From contig NC_042997.1 of NCBI RefSeq assembly GCF_006345805.1, forward strand, positions 18,724,001-18,788,000: a DNA stretch of 64,000 nucleotides. Direction: 5' to 3'. Shown one piece after another: positions 1 to 12,998 of the stretch. Within the stretch, counting starts at the first letter, position 1. Each line of letters opens with the position of its first letter. Source of the stretch: Octopus sinensis. Its lineage: Eukaryota. Below the pieces are notes generated by a model. It searched no databases. It saw nothing but the letters and a program-made list of their open reading frames with translations, and had not been told where the DNA came from. A program made the position numbers and the translations under genes.

Positions 1-38
1 TTATTTTATATATATATATCTATATATCTATATCTATC

Positions 39-120
<82 letters not shown>
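1..120. repeat. (TA)n microsatellite
   Basis: Direct reading of the sequence. Confidence 0.95.
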
Positions 121-541
121 GTTTAAGAGACAGAACTACCTTCAAGCAACTCAAACAACACTGAACAACATTATCTATGAAAGAAATATATCCGATTAAC
201 TTTTATCAAAATTAATATCTACAACTACTATTCTGAATCATTGAATAAAATTATTTAGACAACGCGTGTTTCATTATAATATATCTATCGATATTTCTGA
301 AATAGAAGGTTCTCGAAATTCAATACCATATCAATCCAACTATACTGCCAATCTTCAGGTCTGGATTATATAAAACTATTTTGCTATTTACATTGTATAT
401 AAAGACATGACAATCAAAATTATACAACTAGAAATCGTTAAAATAATTTTTTATTACTAAAAAAAGAACAAAAATGAGGAATAAAAAATAATAATATTAA
501 AAATTAGAAAAATAAGAAAACGAAATAGGAATATTAACTTA
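121..541 (-). mobile_element. AT-rich Penelope pLTR-like fragment carrying a degenerate hammerhead motif
   Basis: Flanked by (TA)n on both sides. Minus strand 362-257 reads agac-CTGAAGA...GAAAC-acgc-GTT-gtct. Confidence 0.45.
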
Positions 542-559
542 TTATATATATATATATAT

Positions 560-681
560 GACTGAACTTGAAACCACATGGTTTCAGGTTCAGTCTGACT
601 GTTTGACATATTGAGCAAGTGTATTTTACTAAAGCCTTAAGCCAACCAATGTCTTGCGAATGGATTGTATGTGAGCCTGTC

Positions 682-690
<9 letters not shown>
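560..690 (+). mobile_element. Degenerate 5' part of SINE family A
   Basis: accacatggtttcaggttcagtc...gagcaagtgt...aatgtcttgcgaatggatt aligns with the copy at 7564. Confidence 0.65.
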
Positions 691-715
<25 letters not shown>

Positions 716-2139
716 GTATATATGAGTGTTTTTGTGTGTATGTGTATCTATGTATGTGTGTGTATCACATATGTGTGAGTGAGAATGCAGTTTTCATTTC
801 TGTTTCTTCATGTGAAATCCCCTAAGCCCCAAAACGGTGATGTTGTATTTACAATCCCGGTGAACAACTTGTCCTGTAGCTCTGCATTTTCGAAGTTCAG
901 TGAAATAAAAAAAATTCCTTTCAGAAAAAGAAAGATAATTGTTGGTGACAGAAAGAGCGTTTGGTCATAAAATACTGCCTTAAATGTGCATCCATGCAAC
1001 CTATGCCAGCATAGAAGAACAGCCCTGAAACATACGAATGAATATATGTATGTGTGCACGTGTGTACGTGCGTGTGTGTGTGTGTGTATGTGTATGCATT
1101 TACATATATGTATATAATGTATATGTATGTTTGTACATCTAGTTTGGATTAATGATTTCATTTCAATAAAAGAAATAGGTCAACAGATAGTGCTGATAAA
1201 AACCTACAGAAACACAACAACAACAACAAACAAATATGACTTCCCAGCACCGTAAAGCTATAATCTTTCATAGTTTGATCGTTAGAACTTTTAAGAGTTT
1301 TCCCACTTATATCTGAATTACTCCTAAGCAATTTCTTCATTTGGCACATGTGGGAGACATTTATAGAATAGAGTGAATCTGTTTTCTGTCAGTATTTCAT
1401 TTCTGGTGTCAGCTGAGGCAAGTCTGTTATATGCAAGTGACAAATGGCAAGTTAGGATTTATATCTCTCTGCCAAAATCCGACAAGGAAGAAGTATTAAA
1501 ATGCCATTTGACATCCTTTCTGACAGATCAAGCCAAATATAGATTCAAGGGTCTTCTTCTCTTGAATTGCAGCATATTGCATTGTAGAATTTCTTTCACT
1601 TCTTCAGTGAAGCAAGAATATTGGCAAATCTTAGTGACTTCACTTAATATTGATAATTTTATTGAATTGCTTATATATATATATATGTGGGCTGTGTATG
1701 TAGGTAGGTATGTACTTTTGATTTTAGTTCTCAAATTTTCTCTAAACAATTCCCTTTCAATGGAATTTAGACATTAACTAAGTAGTCATGTATATGAATA
1801 TTGGTAGGTATTTAATTATATATATACTCAAATACAACCCTACACACACAGATATATATATATATATATATACAAATACACACACACATTTATATATATA
1901 TACATATACATGTGTGTGTGTCTGTGTGTGTATGTGCATATATGCTTATATGTTTGTATGTCAATGCATGAGTGATTTTGTGTTTAGATTCATGTATGTG
2001 TTCGTATGTGAGTGTAGGTATACATTTAATATTCATGATTTAAAGATCAATTTATATTTGCATCAGATACTTTCATAATTATATGAGAAAATTAAGAATC
2101 TTTTTTAAAAAAAAAGATAAGGTGAATATTGGCATGAAT

Positions 2140-2293
2140 GAAGCGGTGTTGTTGAACGTTTGCTTCTCAACCCCATGGTTGTGAGTTCAGTCCCTCTCCA
2201 TAGCACCTTGGGCAAATGTCTTTGACTATAGACTTAGGCCATCTAAAGCCTTGTGAGTGGATTTGAGAGATGGAAACTGAAAGAATCCATCAT

Positions 2294-2346
<53 letters not shown>

Positions 2347-2590
2347 TATGTGTGTGTGTGTGTGTGTGTTTGTGTATGTCTTTGTGTTTGTGGTAGTTCC
2401 CACCACCAGTTTACAGTAGGTGATGATTTGTTTATGTCCTCGGAATGTAGTGGTTCAGTGAAAAGAATAATTACCAGACTTCAAAAATTATAAATACAGG
2501 AGTAATCCTATTTGATCAAAGTTCGTGAAGTTGGTGTCCCAGTATGGCCATAGTCTAATGATTGAGACAAGTAAAAGATAAAAGAAAAAG
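2140..2590 (+). mobile_element. Diverged SINE family A copy with expanded internal (TG)n
   Basis: Aligns along its length with 7564-7970 (ccatggttgtgagttcagtccc...gaaactgaaagaa...ccagtatggccatagtc). Confidence 0.8.
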
Positions 2591-2931
2591 AGAAAGTGAT
2601 ATGATTTTAGATGCATTGTGTGTAAGGAGTTTATCCTGAATTTGGAATAGGCCCACATTTCCCTTGCATTTTGTAAGAGGTAATACAATTAAGAATAGAA
2701 AGGGCATCTGGCCATAAAACATTATCTCAGAAAAACCGTCCAACACATACCCACATAATAAAACAAACATTTCTGTTGCTGTTGAGTCATTGAAAAATAT
2801 GGGATGGACATGAATTTACTGTCTTTGATCATAGTTCTGTTTGATCAGGGTTAACCTTAAGCTAAGCTAAACAATAACATCATCATTCTCAATATTAATT
2901 CTACTGTCTACATTAAAAATATCTTTTTTTT

Positions 2932-3334
2932 ATCTTTTTATCTTTTACTTGTTTCAGTCATTTGACTGCGGCCATGCTGGAGCACCGCCTTTAGTCGAGC
3001 AAATCGACCCCGGGACTTATTCTTTGTAAGCTCGGTACTTATTCTATCGGTCTCTTTTGCCGAACCGCTAAGTGACGGGGACGTAAACACACCAGCATCG
3101 GTTGTCAAGCAATGCTAGGGGGACAAACACACACACATACACACACACACATATATATATATACATATATACGACAGGCTTCTTTCAGTTTCCGTCTACC
3201 AAATCCACTCACAAGGCATTGGTCAGCCTGGGGCTATAGCAGAAGACACTTGCCCAAGATGCCACGCAGTGGGACTGAACCCGGAGCCATGTGGTTGGTT
3301 AGCAAGCTACTTACCACACAGCCACTCCTGCGCC
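2932..3334 (-). mobile_element. tRNA-derived SINE family A, full length
   Basis: Reverse complement of 7564-7970. A-box-like tggctgtgtgg, B-box-like ggttcagtccc, internal (TA)/(TG) tract, (taaaaga)n tail. Confidence 0.92.
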
Positions 3335-3713
3335 TATGATTACCTATCTTTGTAGTAAGGACCTATATAGCAATATTTGCATTAGATGTAATCATAGAAT
3401 TGAAGTATGGCTACTCTTAATCATACCAATCCATCATTTCAAATTATTTCTATATTTGCCAATCCAAGCAATCATCTAACATTCAGTGACATCATTAAAA
3501 AGAAAAACAAAAATTGTCTCACATTACACCATTTCATTAGGATTTTAAGAGCTTGTATCAATAAAGACAATGACACTTTAGATAAAAATTAAACATATAC
3601 TGGGTGCTATATTTTACAAGGAATAACGTATCGCTATGGTTACTATTAACAAACACACATGCACACACAAACACACACATACATGCACCCACAAACACAC
3701 ACAGGTATATACA

Positions 3714-3714
<1 letters not shown>

Positions 3715-3782
<68 letters not shown>

Positions 3783-3810
3783 GTCTATCTATCTCTCTCT
3801 ATATATATGT
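3715..3810. repeat. (TATC)n microsatellite
   Basis: Direct reading. Confidence 0.95.
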
Positions 3811-3814
3811 ACAC

Positions 3815-4030
3815 GATATATAGGGAGAATTCACAAAACAACAAAAGACGATGACAGGTGGTGTAGAAAACAAACAAATGTATTAGTATAACGTTCAAGA
3901 ATTGAAAAGTCTTTAACATTTCGAGCCTATGCTCTTCCACAGAAAGCAACACAGAAAGAAACAAGGAGAGAAAAAATGTGTGTAGTGGGTAATGATAGAT
4001 TGCTAGCCACTACACACATTTTTTTCTCTC
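3815..4030 (-). mobile_element. Short Penelope-pLTR-like repeat with hammerhead-like motif and terminal inverted duplication
   Basis: Homologous to 10140-10505 in the opposite orientation. Minus strand cttt-CTGTGGA-a-gagc-atag-gctc-GAAA-tgtt-aaag. Hairpin gagagaaaaaatgtgtgtagtgg / ccactacacacattttttctctc. Confidence 0.55.
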
Positions 4031-4600
4031 AGTGTTGCTTTGATATTGCAATCTGTTTCGGGAACATAAGTGCTCCCTTCAACTCCACCACCAGCTTCCA
4101 ACATTTAGCACCATGTAAAAACTTGTATATTGACTTTCCTTCATTTACTCTATTCTTTTGGCCTTTCTCACTCATCTTGTGGAAAACAAAAAGGTGCATC
4201 TTGGTGTTGATTCCTATTGCAGTGATTTTGCATCAGTGTTCTTTTAGTGCAGCAGTAAATTCTCAGCACTTTAATATCCTGCAAAACATGCTCTTCATGG
4301 GTTGGTTTGAATGCTTCTAGAACATACTCTGATGATGTATAGCATTTGTGCTAGTGACAATCTGCAGTTTCACAGCATCCCCATCATCTAATACTGGCTG
4401 GTAATGGCAATAATTGTATACACTACTCTCAAGAGATATTGCAGCCTGGATAACTGCCTTTTCCAATACATGGTTTAATCACTTACCCCTCTTCAAAATT
4501 GTGTGCGTGGCAGTGGCCAGTGTCTGTTTTGAAGGACTGGTTGAGGAAACTGAACAAATAAAATTTGGCTTTCTCATAACATGACATAATTTGACATGGC
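4031..4600 (-). pseudogene. Decayed R2/Hero-like (RLE) non-LTR retrotransposon ORF fragment
   Basis: Frameshifted minus-strand peptides LRVVY/QLLPLPASIR*W and HGAKCWKLVVELKGALMFPKQIA resemble the post-RT/CCHC/pre-RLE region of Hero-type elements. Confidence 0.45.
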
Positions 4601-4609
4601 TGTGTTATA

Positions 4610-5005
4610 GGCACAGAAGTGGCTGTGTGGTAAGTAGCTTGCTTACCAAACACATGGTTCCGGGTTCAGTCCCACTGCATGGCACCTTGAGCAAGTGTCT
4701 TCTACTATAGCCTCGGGTCGACCAAAGCCTTGTAGTTAGATTTGGTAGAAGGAAACTGAAAGAAGCCCATCGTATATATATGTGTGTATGTATATGTTTG
4801 TGTGTCTGTGTTTGTGCCCCCAACATCGCTTGACAACTGATGCTGGTGTGTTTATGTCCCTGTAACTTAGTGTTTCGGCAAAAGAGCTCGATAGAATAAG
4901 TACTAGGCTTACAACGAATAAGTCCTGGGGTCGATTTGCTTGACTAAAGGCGGTGCTCCAGCATGGCCACAGTCAAATGACTGAAACAAGTAAAAGAATA
5001 AAAGA
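4610..5005 (+). mobile_element. tRNA-derived SINE family A, full length
   Basis: High similarity to the other family A copies. Confidence 0.92.
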
Positions 5006-5192
5006 ATTATTATTTGCCCTTTTTCTTTTGCTTCATTAGTGTTTCACATTTTTAATCAAGCTATGTTTCTTACATTTTATATACAACTGCATTAATTTAT
5101 ATACTTTAGTTTTTACTGTAGATGCCAATGGTCTTGATTCATGTGAAAGCATAATTTTGTGACTTGTATCCCAGTTACAAACATGTTTATAT

Positions 5193-5583
5193 CTTTTTGG
5201 AAGCTCTCCGTCGGTTACGACGACGAGGGTTCCGGTTGATCCGAATCAAAGGAACAGCCTGCTCATGAAATTAACGTGTAAGTGGCTGAGCACTCCACAG
5301 ACACGTGTACCCTTAACATAGTTCTCGGGGATATTCAGCGTGACACAGAGAGTGACAAGGCCGGCCCTTTGAAATACAGGTACAACAGAAACAGGAAGTT
5401 AGAGTGAGAGAAAGTTGTGGTGAAAGAGTACTGCAGGGATCACCACCATCCTTTGCCGGAGCTGCGTGGAGCTTTAGGTGTTTTCGCTCAATAAACACTC
5501 ACAACACCCGGTCTGGGAATCGAAACCGCGATCCTATGACCGCGAGTCCGCTGCCCTAACCACTGGGCCATTGCGCCTCCACA
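5193..5583 (-). mobile_element. tRNA-derived SINE family B, full length with 16-bp TSD
   Basis: Head tggcccagtggttagggcagcggac...ggtttcgattccc (A/B boxes). TSD acaaacatgtttatat at 5177-5192 and 5584-5599. Confidence 0.92.
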
Positions 5584-6016
5584 ACAAACATGTTTATATA
5601 ATCTCAAGTAAAGCTTAAGCTATACTTTTTAATGTAGTTGATATCTTCAGAAGTAATGGTCCTTCCACACATTATCTAAATCATGAGGATATCTGACTGG
5701 CTGCTAATGATTCCTTTATAATGTAAAATATGTTTTAGATTTCTCCTTAATGTCTCTCCCTGTTGTTGCTATTAAGTTGTTTCATGAATCTATGATAGTA
5801 CTGATTCTAATTAAACATTTTATTGTTCAATGTTTATTATGAATTAGCAATCAGTTTGATTTTCTTGAAGCAAGATACCATTTTTTCTGCATAGGAAAAG
5901 TTTATTAGAATAGAAGTGTCATTGTGCAGCAGTGCTTACATATATGCATAAATACATTTATAATCAAACAAGCATGCAAATGCATGCATATATACATACA
6001 TGCACTCACACATATA

Positions 6017-6047
<31 letters not shown>

Positions 6048-6394
6048 AAATAAATTAGTAATAAGGAGAACAGAGATTCATATATCCTGTTTTATTCTGC
6101 AGTCAATCATGTCTTTCCATTTCTGCACCTACGTATATGTTCCTGCTGCAACTCAGTATACAATGCAAAAATTTAACAATTTGGTGTGCATTTTGGTGTT
6201 AATTACAGCTTCTTGAAGGTGCTATTAACTGCATTTCAGATCCCATCAGAACTAAATATAAGTCCAACCAAAATATTTCATACACGTGGTGTTAGTACTC
6301 TAAAACTAGTCTAAATTCAGACCTTTTCGACTCTACTGGTTAGAAAAACAAGTGACTGGCTCTCCAACTCTCATATTATATATGTGTGTATATA

Positions 6395-6434
<40 letters not shown>

Positions 6435-6454
6435 ATATATATATATATATATAT

Positions 6455-6700
6455 ATCCTTAAATCCTTAAAAATGTTTTAGCCCGAAGGCCGCGGCCATG
6501 CTGGGGCACCACCGCTGAATGAGCTACACTAGTTTGTGAATCCACCTCTGATACGTGGCACTTGATCAACAAGGGAGTTCGATGCTGCTGCCCGCATCCG
6601 TGTCTCCTGTCGTGAGGTAGGTTCATCTGGGACTCCCAACAAGAAGAGATCCAGTTTAGTTTTTTAAAGAAACCCACATCCACACCATGTAAGTCTCTCA
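6455..6700 (-). mobile_element. 3' end of a CR1/L2-group LINE (ORF2 C-terminus plus 3' UTR)
   Basis: After one frameshift the minus strand gives [55 protein letters not shown], then a short UTR ending ttaaggatttaagg. Confidence 0.7.
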
Positions 6701-6777
6701 TGTATATATATATATATATATATATAAATATATAATATATATGTATATATGTATATATATATGTATATATGTATATA

Positions 6778-6809
<32 letters not shown>

Positions 6810-6818
6810 CACACAGAT

Positions 6819-6852
<34 letters not shown>

Positions 6853-6853
6853 T

Positions 6854-6910
<57 letters not shown>

Positions 6911-7137
6911 CATATATTTATATATATATCTGTGTGTATTATATATGTATATATATATATAATATAATATATATATATATATATACATATATACATATCT
7001 ATATATATATATATACTATATATATATATATATATATTTCTATATATATATATATACTATATATATATATTTAATATATCTATATACATATATACATATA
7101 TATATATGTATGAATTATGTATATATATATACATACA

Positions 7138-7168
<31 letters not shown>

Positions 7169-7170
7169 GT
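6700..7170. repeat. Long degenerate (TA)n tract
   Basis: Direct reading. Source of the YI-repeat ORFs. Confidence 0.95.
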
Positions 7171-7563
7171 TTATCTTTACAAATTTAAGAAATTTTACTT
7201 GATACACTGATATTAGTAAAGTTTTCTTTTAATTAAAATCTTTGAAAAGCAGCTTAACACAGTTCTGAGCATCGAGTGTCTTTATGTGGGTGCTTTCGCT
7301 GTCTTCAGTATCTAAAACCAGTAAGACAATAAAAACATTGCTGGAGATAAAAATCAAAAGATCATGAAATATAAAGCAAATGTTACCATTACAACTGTGC
7401 TGCCAGAAGCAAAGGTCCTATGTCTTATTAATCTAATTTCATAGCTTGTAAACATCATTTATACACAGACAAGTTGCTTCACTTATTGTCATTCTAAGGA
7501 TTTATGAAGGAGATGTACATCTATTTCATGGATGTTTGTAAAGTTATTTTGTATGTAGAAATA

Positions 7564-7970
7564 GGCGCAGGAGTGGCTGTGTGGTAAGTAGCTTGCTAAC
7601 CAACCACATGGTTCCGGGTTCAATCCCACTGTGTGGTGTCTTGGGCAAGTGTCTTCTGCTATAGCCCCAGGCCGACCAATGCCTTGTGAGTGCATTTGGT
7701 AGACGGAAACTGAAAGAAGCCCGTCGTATATATGTATATATATATATACGCATATGTGTGTTTGTGTGTCTGTGTTTGTCCTCCTAGCATTGCTTGACAA
7801 CCGATGCTGGTGTGTTTATGTCCCCGTCACTTAGTGGTTCGGCAAAAGAGACTGATAGAATAAATACGGGGCTTACAAAGAATAAGTCCCGGGGTCGATC
7901 TGCTCGATTAAAGGCGGTGCTCCAGCATGGCCGCAGTCAAATGACTGAAACAAGTAAAAGAGTAAAAGAG
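7564..7970 (+). mobile_element. tRNA-derived SINE family A, full length
   Basis: ggcgcaggagtggctgtgtggtaag...ggttcaatccc...ggcggtgctccagcatggccgcagtcaaatgactgaaacaagtaaaagag. Confidence 0.92.
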
Positions 7971-8379
7971 TATACTTGTATATACCATTGGGTGAATTAA
8001 AGTTGCAGTTAGGTAAATATGCACATATAATTTTTATATGGATATATTTGGGAATCATTCTTTCTAATTATCTATTTCATATAGATATTAGTTATAACGT
8101 CAACTGATTTCTAATTAGTTGTAGAGCACTCACAATGTATTGTATGAAGATGTGTTTTCAGAGTTCATGTGTGTCTAATTACTACATTAACGCACACTAT
8201 TACAGACACATGTACACACATATACGAAGAACATATATGTTTGTCTGTGTGTCTTAATATATAATAGAGGGAGAGTGAGAAAGAGAGAGATAGAGAGAGT
8301 GAAAGTGACAGGCATACAGAAACAGATAGAGAGAAAAGCAGAGACAGAGTCAAAGAGATAAGCCTGAAATAAATTCGTA

Positions 8380-8394
8380 AATAGATGGATTGAT

Positions 8395-8437
<43 letters not shown>

Positions 8438-8507
8438 CATAGATAGATAGATAGACAGACAGGTAGATAGACAGACAGGTAGACAGACAGGTAGATAGAC
8501 AGACAGG

Positions 8508-8576
<69 letters not shown>

Positions 8577-8601
8577 GGATAGATAGATGGATAGATAGAT
8601 G

Positions 8602-8689
<88 letters not shown>

Positions 8690-8720
8690 CGCCCTTTGAT
8701 AGACAGATAAATAGATAGAT
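8380..8720. repeat. (GATA)n/(GACA)n compound microsatellite
   Basis: Direct reading. Confidence 0.95.
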
Positions 8721-9480
8721 TTGCCCTTTGGGTTGCAATGATAAGGTATCACACTGGTTGGTGTTCAACATTCATTTTCGTTTTTGCTGATGATCTGTTT
8801 GTGACATTCCCATTTAAAGAGTAACTATTTCGTGCAAGAATTGTTATGTCCAGTACCAAATAAATTAAATAATGGCATGGATACTGAATTATACATTCCC
8901 AAATGGTGTAATACAAATAAATAAACAAATTAAATAAAGAAAAGAAATAAGAGTAATATCTATAAAAAGCAAAAGAAGTGAAATATATACAATAACAGAG
9001 ATAACAGGAATATAGAAGCAAAGAATATTTTCATGACATTTTCTGAACTTTGCATGCTTATAGTAAGAAAGCATGCAGAGTTTAAGTGAATCTGTAGCCA
9101 CATCTTATTAACAGAACACACTTTCCCTTAACTAGTGTTGTTGTCTGCCATGATCAAGAAAAAACTCCGTAATTTATGGAAATATATATATATATATATA
9201 TATGTATAATAAAATGGGTTTCCAGCTATAAGAAAGATAAATAATCTCTTAATTTGCATGATTTTATTATATGTAGATTTGAAGTTATGCAATAACCTTT
9301 AATAACATTTGACATTTTTTTAAAATGCAATCTGCTATATTCTAGGTTATTTGCAGTTTAAGCAATTAGTTTGCTAAACACATTATCGTTAATCGCTTCA
9401 AATCTAATTGATATATTTATCTCATTCATAAATGATTGCCACAACAATATTCAAACTTACTCATGAATTACATTCCATTT

Positions 9481-9530
<50 letters not shown>

Positions 9531-9700
9531 AATACAGACGCACACACACATATAGTATTGTGTCAGGGAAGAGTGATTCTCTTTTAGTGCTTTATTACTT
9601 AACACACTCACTGGTTCGATTTGTACTCATTTACTTTTATTTTCCGAAAATTTTCGTTGCATCTTGCACCCTCTTCAAAAGTTGTTGGCTATATATATAT

Positions 9701-9760
<60 letters not shown>

Positions 9761-9761
9761 C

Positions 9762-9794
<33 letters not shown>

Positions 9795-9829
9795 ATATAT
9801 ATATATATACATACATCTACACACACACA

Positions 9830-10029
9830 CAGTAATCCTTTATCAGTAGCGGTTCACTTATCGTGGTTTATTATGTTTATTATTTAAGCTCACGTGAATT
9901 ACTCCATAGTGTTGTCTTGCATTTATAATTAAATAAATATACCATAGAGTACTGTTTCTATTCCGTGTATTTTCACCTATCTCAGAGGTGGGGTTGAAAC
10001 CTAATACCACAATAGTTGAAGGATTACTG
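9830..10029. mobile_element. Tigger/pogo-type MITE (~200 bp)
   Basis: TIRs CAGTAATCCTT...AAGGATTACTG, followed by TA. Confidence 0.75.
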
Positions 10030-10107
10030 TATATATATACATACATACATACATACATACATACATACATGCATACATACAAACATACATGCATACATAC
10101 ATACATG

Positions 10108-10138
<31 letters not shown>

Positions 10139-10139
10139 G

Positions 10140-10501
10140 ATAGATCGCTAGCCATGATAGATCATTAGCTACTACACACATTTTTTTCTCTCCTTGTTTT
10201 TTCTGTGTCCCTTTCTGTAGAAGAGCGTAGTTAGCGGTTCATCAAAAGAGTCCGATACAATAAGTAATGCGGTCGATTAGTTCGACTAAAAATTCAAGGT
10301 GGTGCCCAGCATGACTGCAGTCTAATGATTGAAACAAGATAAAAGATAATACATATATATATATATTTTTTTCTCTCCCTGTTTTTTCTGTGTCCCTTTC
10401 TGTAGAAGAGCGTATGCTCGAAACGTTGAGCGTTATACTAATACATCTGTTTGCTTTGTACACCACCTGTCTTCATCTTTTGTTTTTTTCGTAAACTCTC
10501 C

Positions 10502-10505
<4 letters not shown>
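10140..10505 (+). mobile_element. Two partial tandem copies of the 3815-4030 pLTR-like repeat, split by a SINE A 3' fragment (10231-10350)
   Basis: ttctgtgtccctttctgtagaagagcgta occurs at 10201 and 10386. (TA)n flanks. Confidence 0.65.
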
Positions 10506-10543
<38 letters not shown>

Positions 10544-10750
10544 GTATATATATGTATATATATATATATATTATAGTATGTATGTATATATGTATGTATA
10601 TGTATGTATACTTATAGGTCTGTGTGTATATATATATATATGCACACACACATTCACACACACACATACACACACACACATATATACACATACATATATA
10701 TTTACTCATGCATATATATATGTTTATATATGCATACACATATATACATA

Positions 10751-11410
10751 CAGAAGAAACGACAGGTGGTTATATGCAGATCTTTCTGAAGTACTCAGAG
10801 TGATGCACACAAAATTTCCAGTAACTGTGATAGTTTTAGGAGTGGAGAGTAACGAAGGTCATGTGGTGCCTCCCTACTTTTTCCACAGGGTCTTAGAATT
10901 AATGCTGCTGGATACATTGAGGTACTGGAAACTGTTATCAAGCCCTGGATTGATGAAGTGAGTAATAGAAGGCCATGCATGTTTGAACAAAACTCAGCAC
11001 CTTCTAGTCACCCAAGAATGGTTGTCAGACAATCTTTATGATTGTGTAACACCCAATATATGGCCTCCAAACACACTAGATTTGAACTTCATGAGCTTAC
11101 TACATGTGGGGCGCTGTTGAAAGGCAGACTAATTGTCATGCTCATAATGCCATAGGTTCACTGAAGGCTGCCATTGTCCAGGTGATGTCCGAAATGGATA
11201 AGGACCATAATGTGTCAGCATGCCAGCAGTTTCGGTCTTGCAGTGAGGCAGTCGTCGAACCCGAAGGCAGTTTCATAGAATAATTTGCTTAAAAAATCAT
11301 TATCAAGACTAATTGCACAAATGGTTATTCAAATACATATTTAATTATGCTGAAATATAGTTATTTTATTATATACCAAAACTATCCTCAAAAATACCCC
11401 TCGCACCCTG
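10751..11410 (+). mobile_element. maT/DD37D-like Tc1-mariner transposon, 3' half, pseudogenised
   Basis: RNDRW...MHTKFPVTVIVLGVESNEGHVVPPYFF / GLRINAAGYIEVLETVIKPWI / IWPPNTLDLN / YYMWGAVE. Right end ...cgcaccctg|ta corresponds to a CAGGGTG TIR. Confidence 0.8.
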
Positions 11411-11424
11411 TATATTTATATATA

Positions 11425-12020
11425 TATGGGAATAGGTGGTCAAGCATGACCTTCGAACGTTGGGTCTCACAGGGGCAATGATGAAAGACTAAGACCTTTG
11501 GAGATATGCTGTGACTGCGAAGATCCGACAAAAAACGTGAGCTCATGGCTGTTTCCTGCACCAGCTTCACATAGAAGCCCCAGCCCATCCAAAGTACCTT
11601 GGATCACAGGACAGCCTGCTGTGCTTACCTTGGATTGTAGGACGACCTGCTGTGCTTGAGAAGACCTATTGAGTCAAGTACATCAACATCAAAAGATCAA
11701 ATGGAAATTGTAGTTGAGATACCTGTGCCTGTGGCATGTAAAAAGCACCATCCAAACGCGGCCAATGCCAGTGCTGTCTTGACTAGCTTCCGTGCTGGTG
11801 GCACGTAAAAAGCACCATTCAATCGTGGCTGCTGCCTGCCTCACCTGGCACCTGTACCAATGAAGTGGTTGGCGATAGGAAGGGTATCCTGCTGTAGAAA
11901 CACTGCCAGATCAGACTGGAGCCTGGTGCAGCCTCCTGGCTTCCCAAACCCCGGTCAAATCGTCCACCCCATGCTAGCATGGAAAACGGACGTTAAACGA
12001 TGATGATGATGATGATGACT
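11425..12020 (+). mobile_element. RTE-clade LINE 3' end with (GAT)n tail
   Basis: ORF end VVKHDLRTLGL...DLWRYAV, ggcacgtaaaaagcacc units, conserved terminus ggacgttaaacgatgatgatg. Confidence 0.85.
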
Positions 12021-12796
12021 AGAATGTTACCATCATATAAGATAAGTTTTCAAGTATATTTTTGCCACTGTGGGTAATATCAGGAATTATGGTAGACTTT
12101 AATTATAATTTGTCGTTTATCAAATATCTTGAAATGGAAACTAATTTTCCAAAGCAAAATTTTATCTTATGTCTTATTTGTATATTTGCAATAAATACAT
12201 GTTATTGCTTTTCTAAATTTTATCAATATAATTCTGATATATATTTTATCAAAAGCATATATCTGCAAAATTTCATTAAAAATATCTATGAAATGTCAAG
12301 TGCTCTCTGTAAAATGGTTTGCAAATCCAACTGAAAAAATGCAGGGTTGAGAGGAATCTTTGGTCTTCCTGAGAGCAAGACTACTTCTATAGTACTCATG
12401 ACCTGAAAAATGCGACTAATACTCTCTGTAATGTGGTTGGCACTTGAAAGGGCATTTGACAGTGAAACCATACCAAAACTGAGCCTGACAGGGTCCTCCA
12501 GCCTGTTGGATTCTCTAATGCCATCCATGAAAAGTGGACATAATATTATGATAATGGGGATGATGAAAATGATGATGACAACGACAACAACAATGATGAG
12601 GATGTTATTTTTCAGATGCAGGTTTTCAGTGTAGCTTCATCTTTTTATCAAAAGGTAATGCCTCAGTCATTTAGAGCTACACAGTTCTAAATAGAAATTG
12701 CTGTTCCTATGTAGAAAACAGCAAAGGCAACATCTGATGGTGCAGTGTGACTTGAGACTTGTCAAGATAAAATTAATTTAGTTTAATCACACAATA

Positions 12797-12967
12797 GGTG
12801 TAGGAGTGGCTGTGTGGTAAGTAGCTTGCTTACCAACCACATGGTTCCGAGTTCAGTCCAACTGCATGGCACCTTGGGCAAGTGTCTTCTACTATAGCCT
12901 CAAGCTGATCAAAGCCTTGTGAGTGGATTTGGTTGACGGAAACTGAAAGAAGCCCGTCGTATATATG

Positions 12968-12998
<31 letters not shown>

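Noticed and set aside
808-1750. Host exons on the minus strand
   Set aside because: An acceptor-like tttcag is present near 1025, but I found no recognisable protein, consistent frame or donor.
5505-5583. tRNA gene (also at 27290, 47993, 53968, 63900)
   Set aside because: A/B boxes are present but continue into SINE bodies, with a TSD in one case and no complete cloverleaf.
6459-8771. Long ORFs such as 8165-8752 and 8187-8771, and the YI/CV/HT/YLSI-repeat ORFs throughout
   Set aside because: They are translations of (TA)n, (TG)n and (GATA)n microsatellites, which lack stops in some frames.
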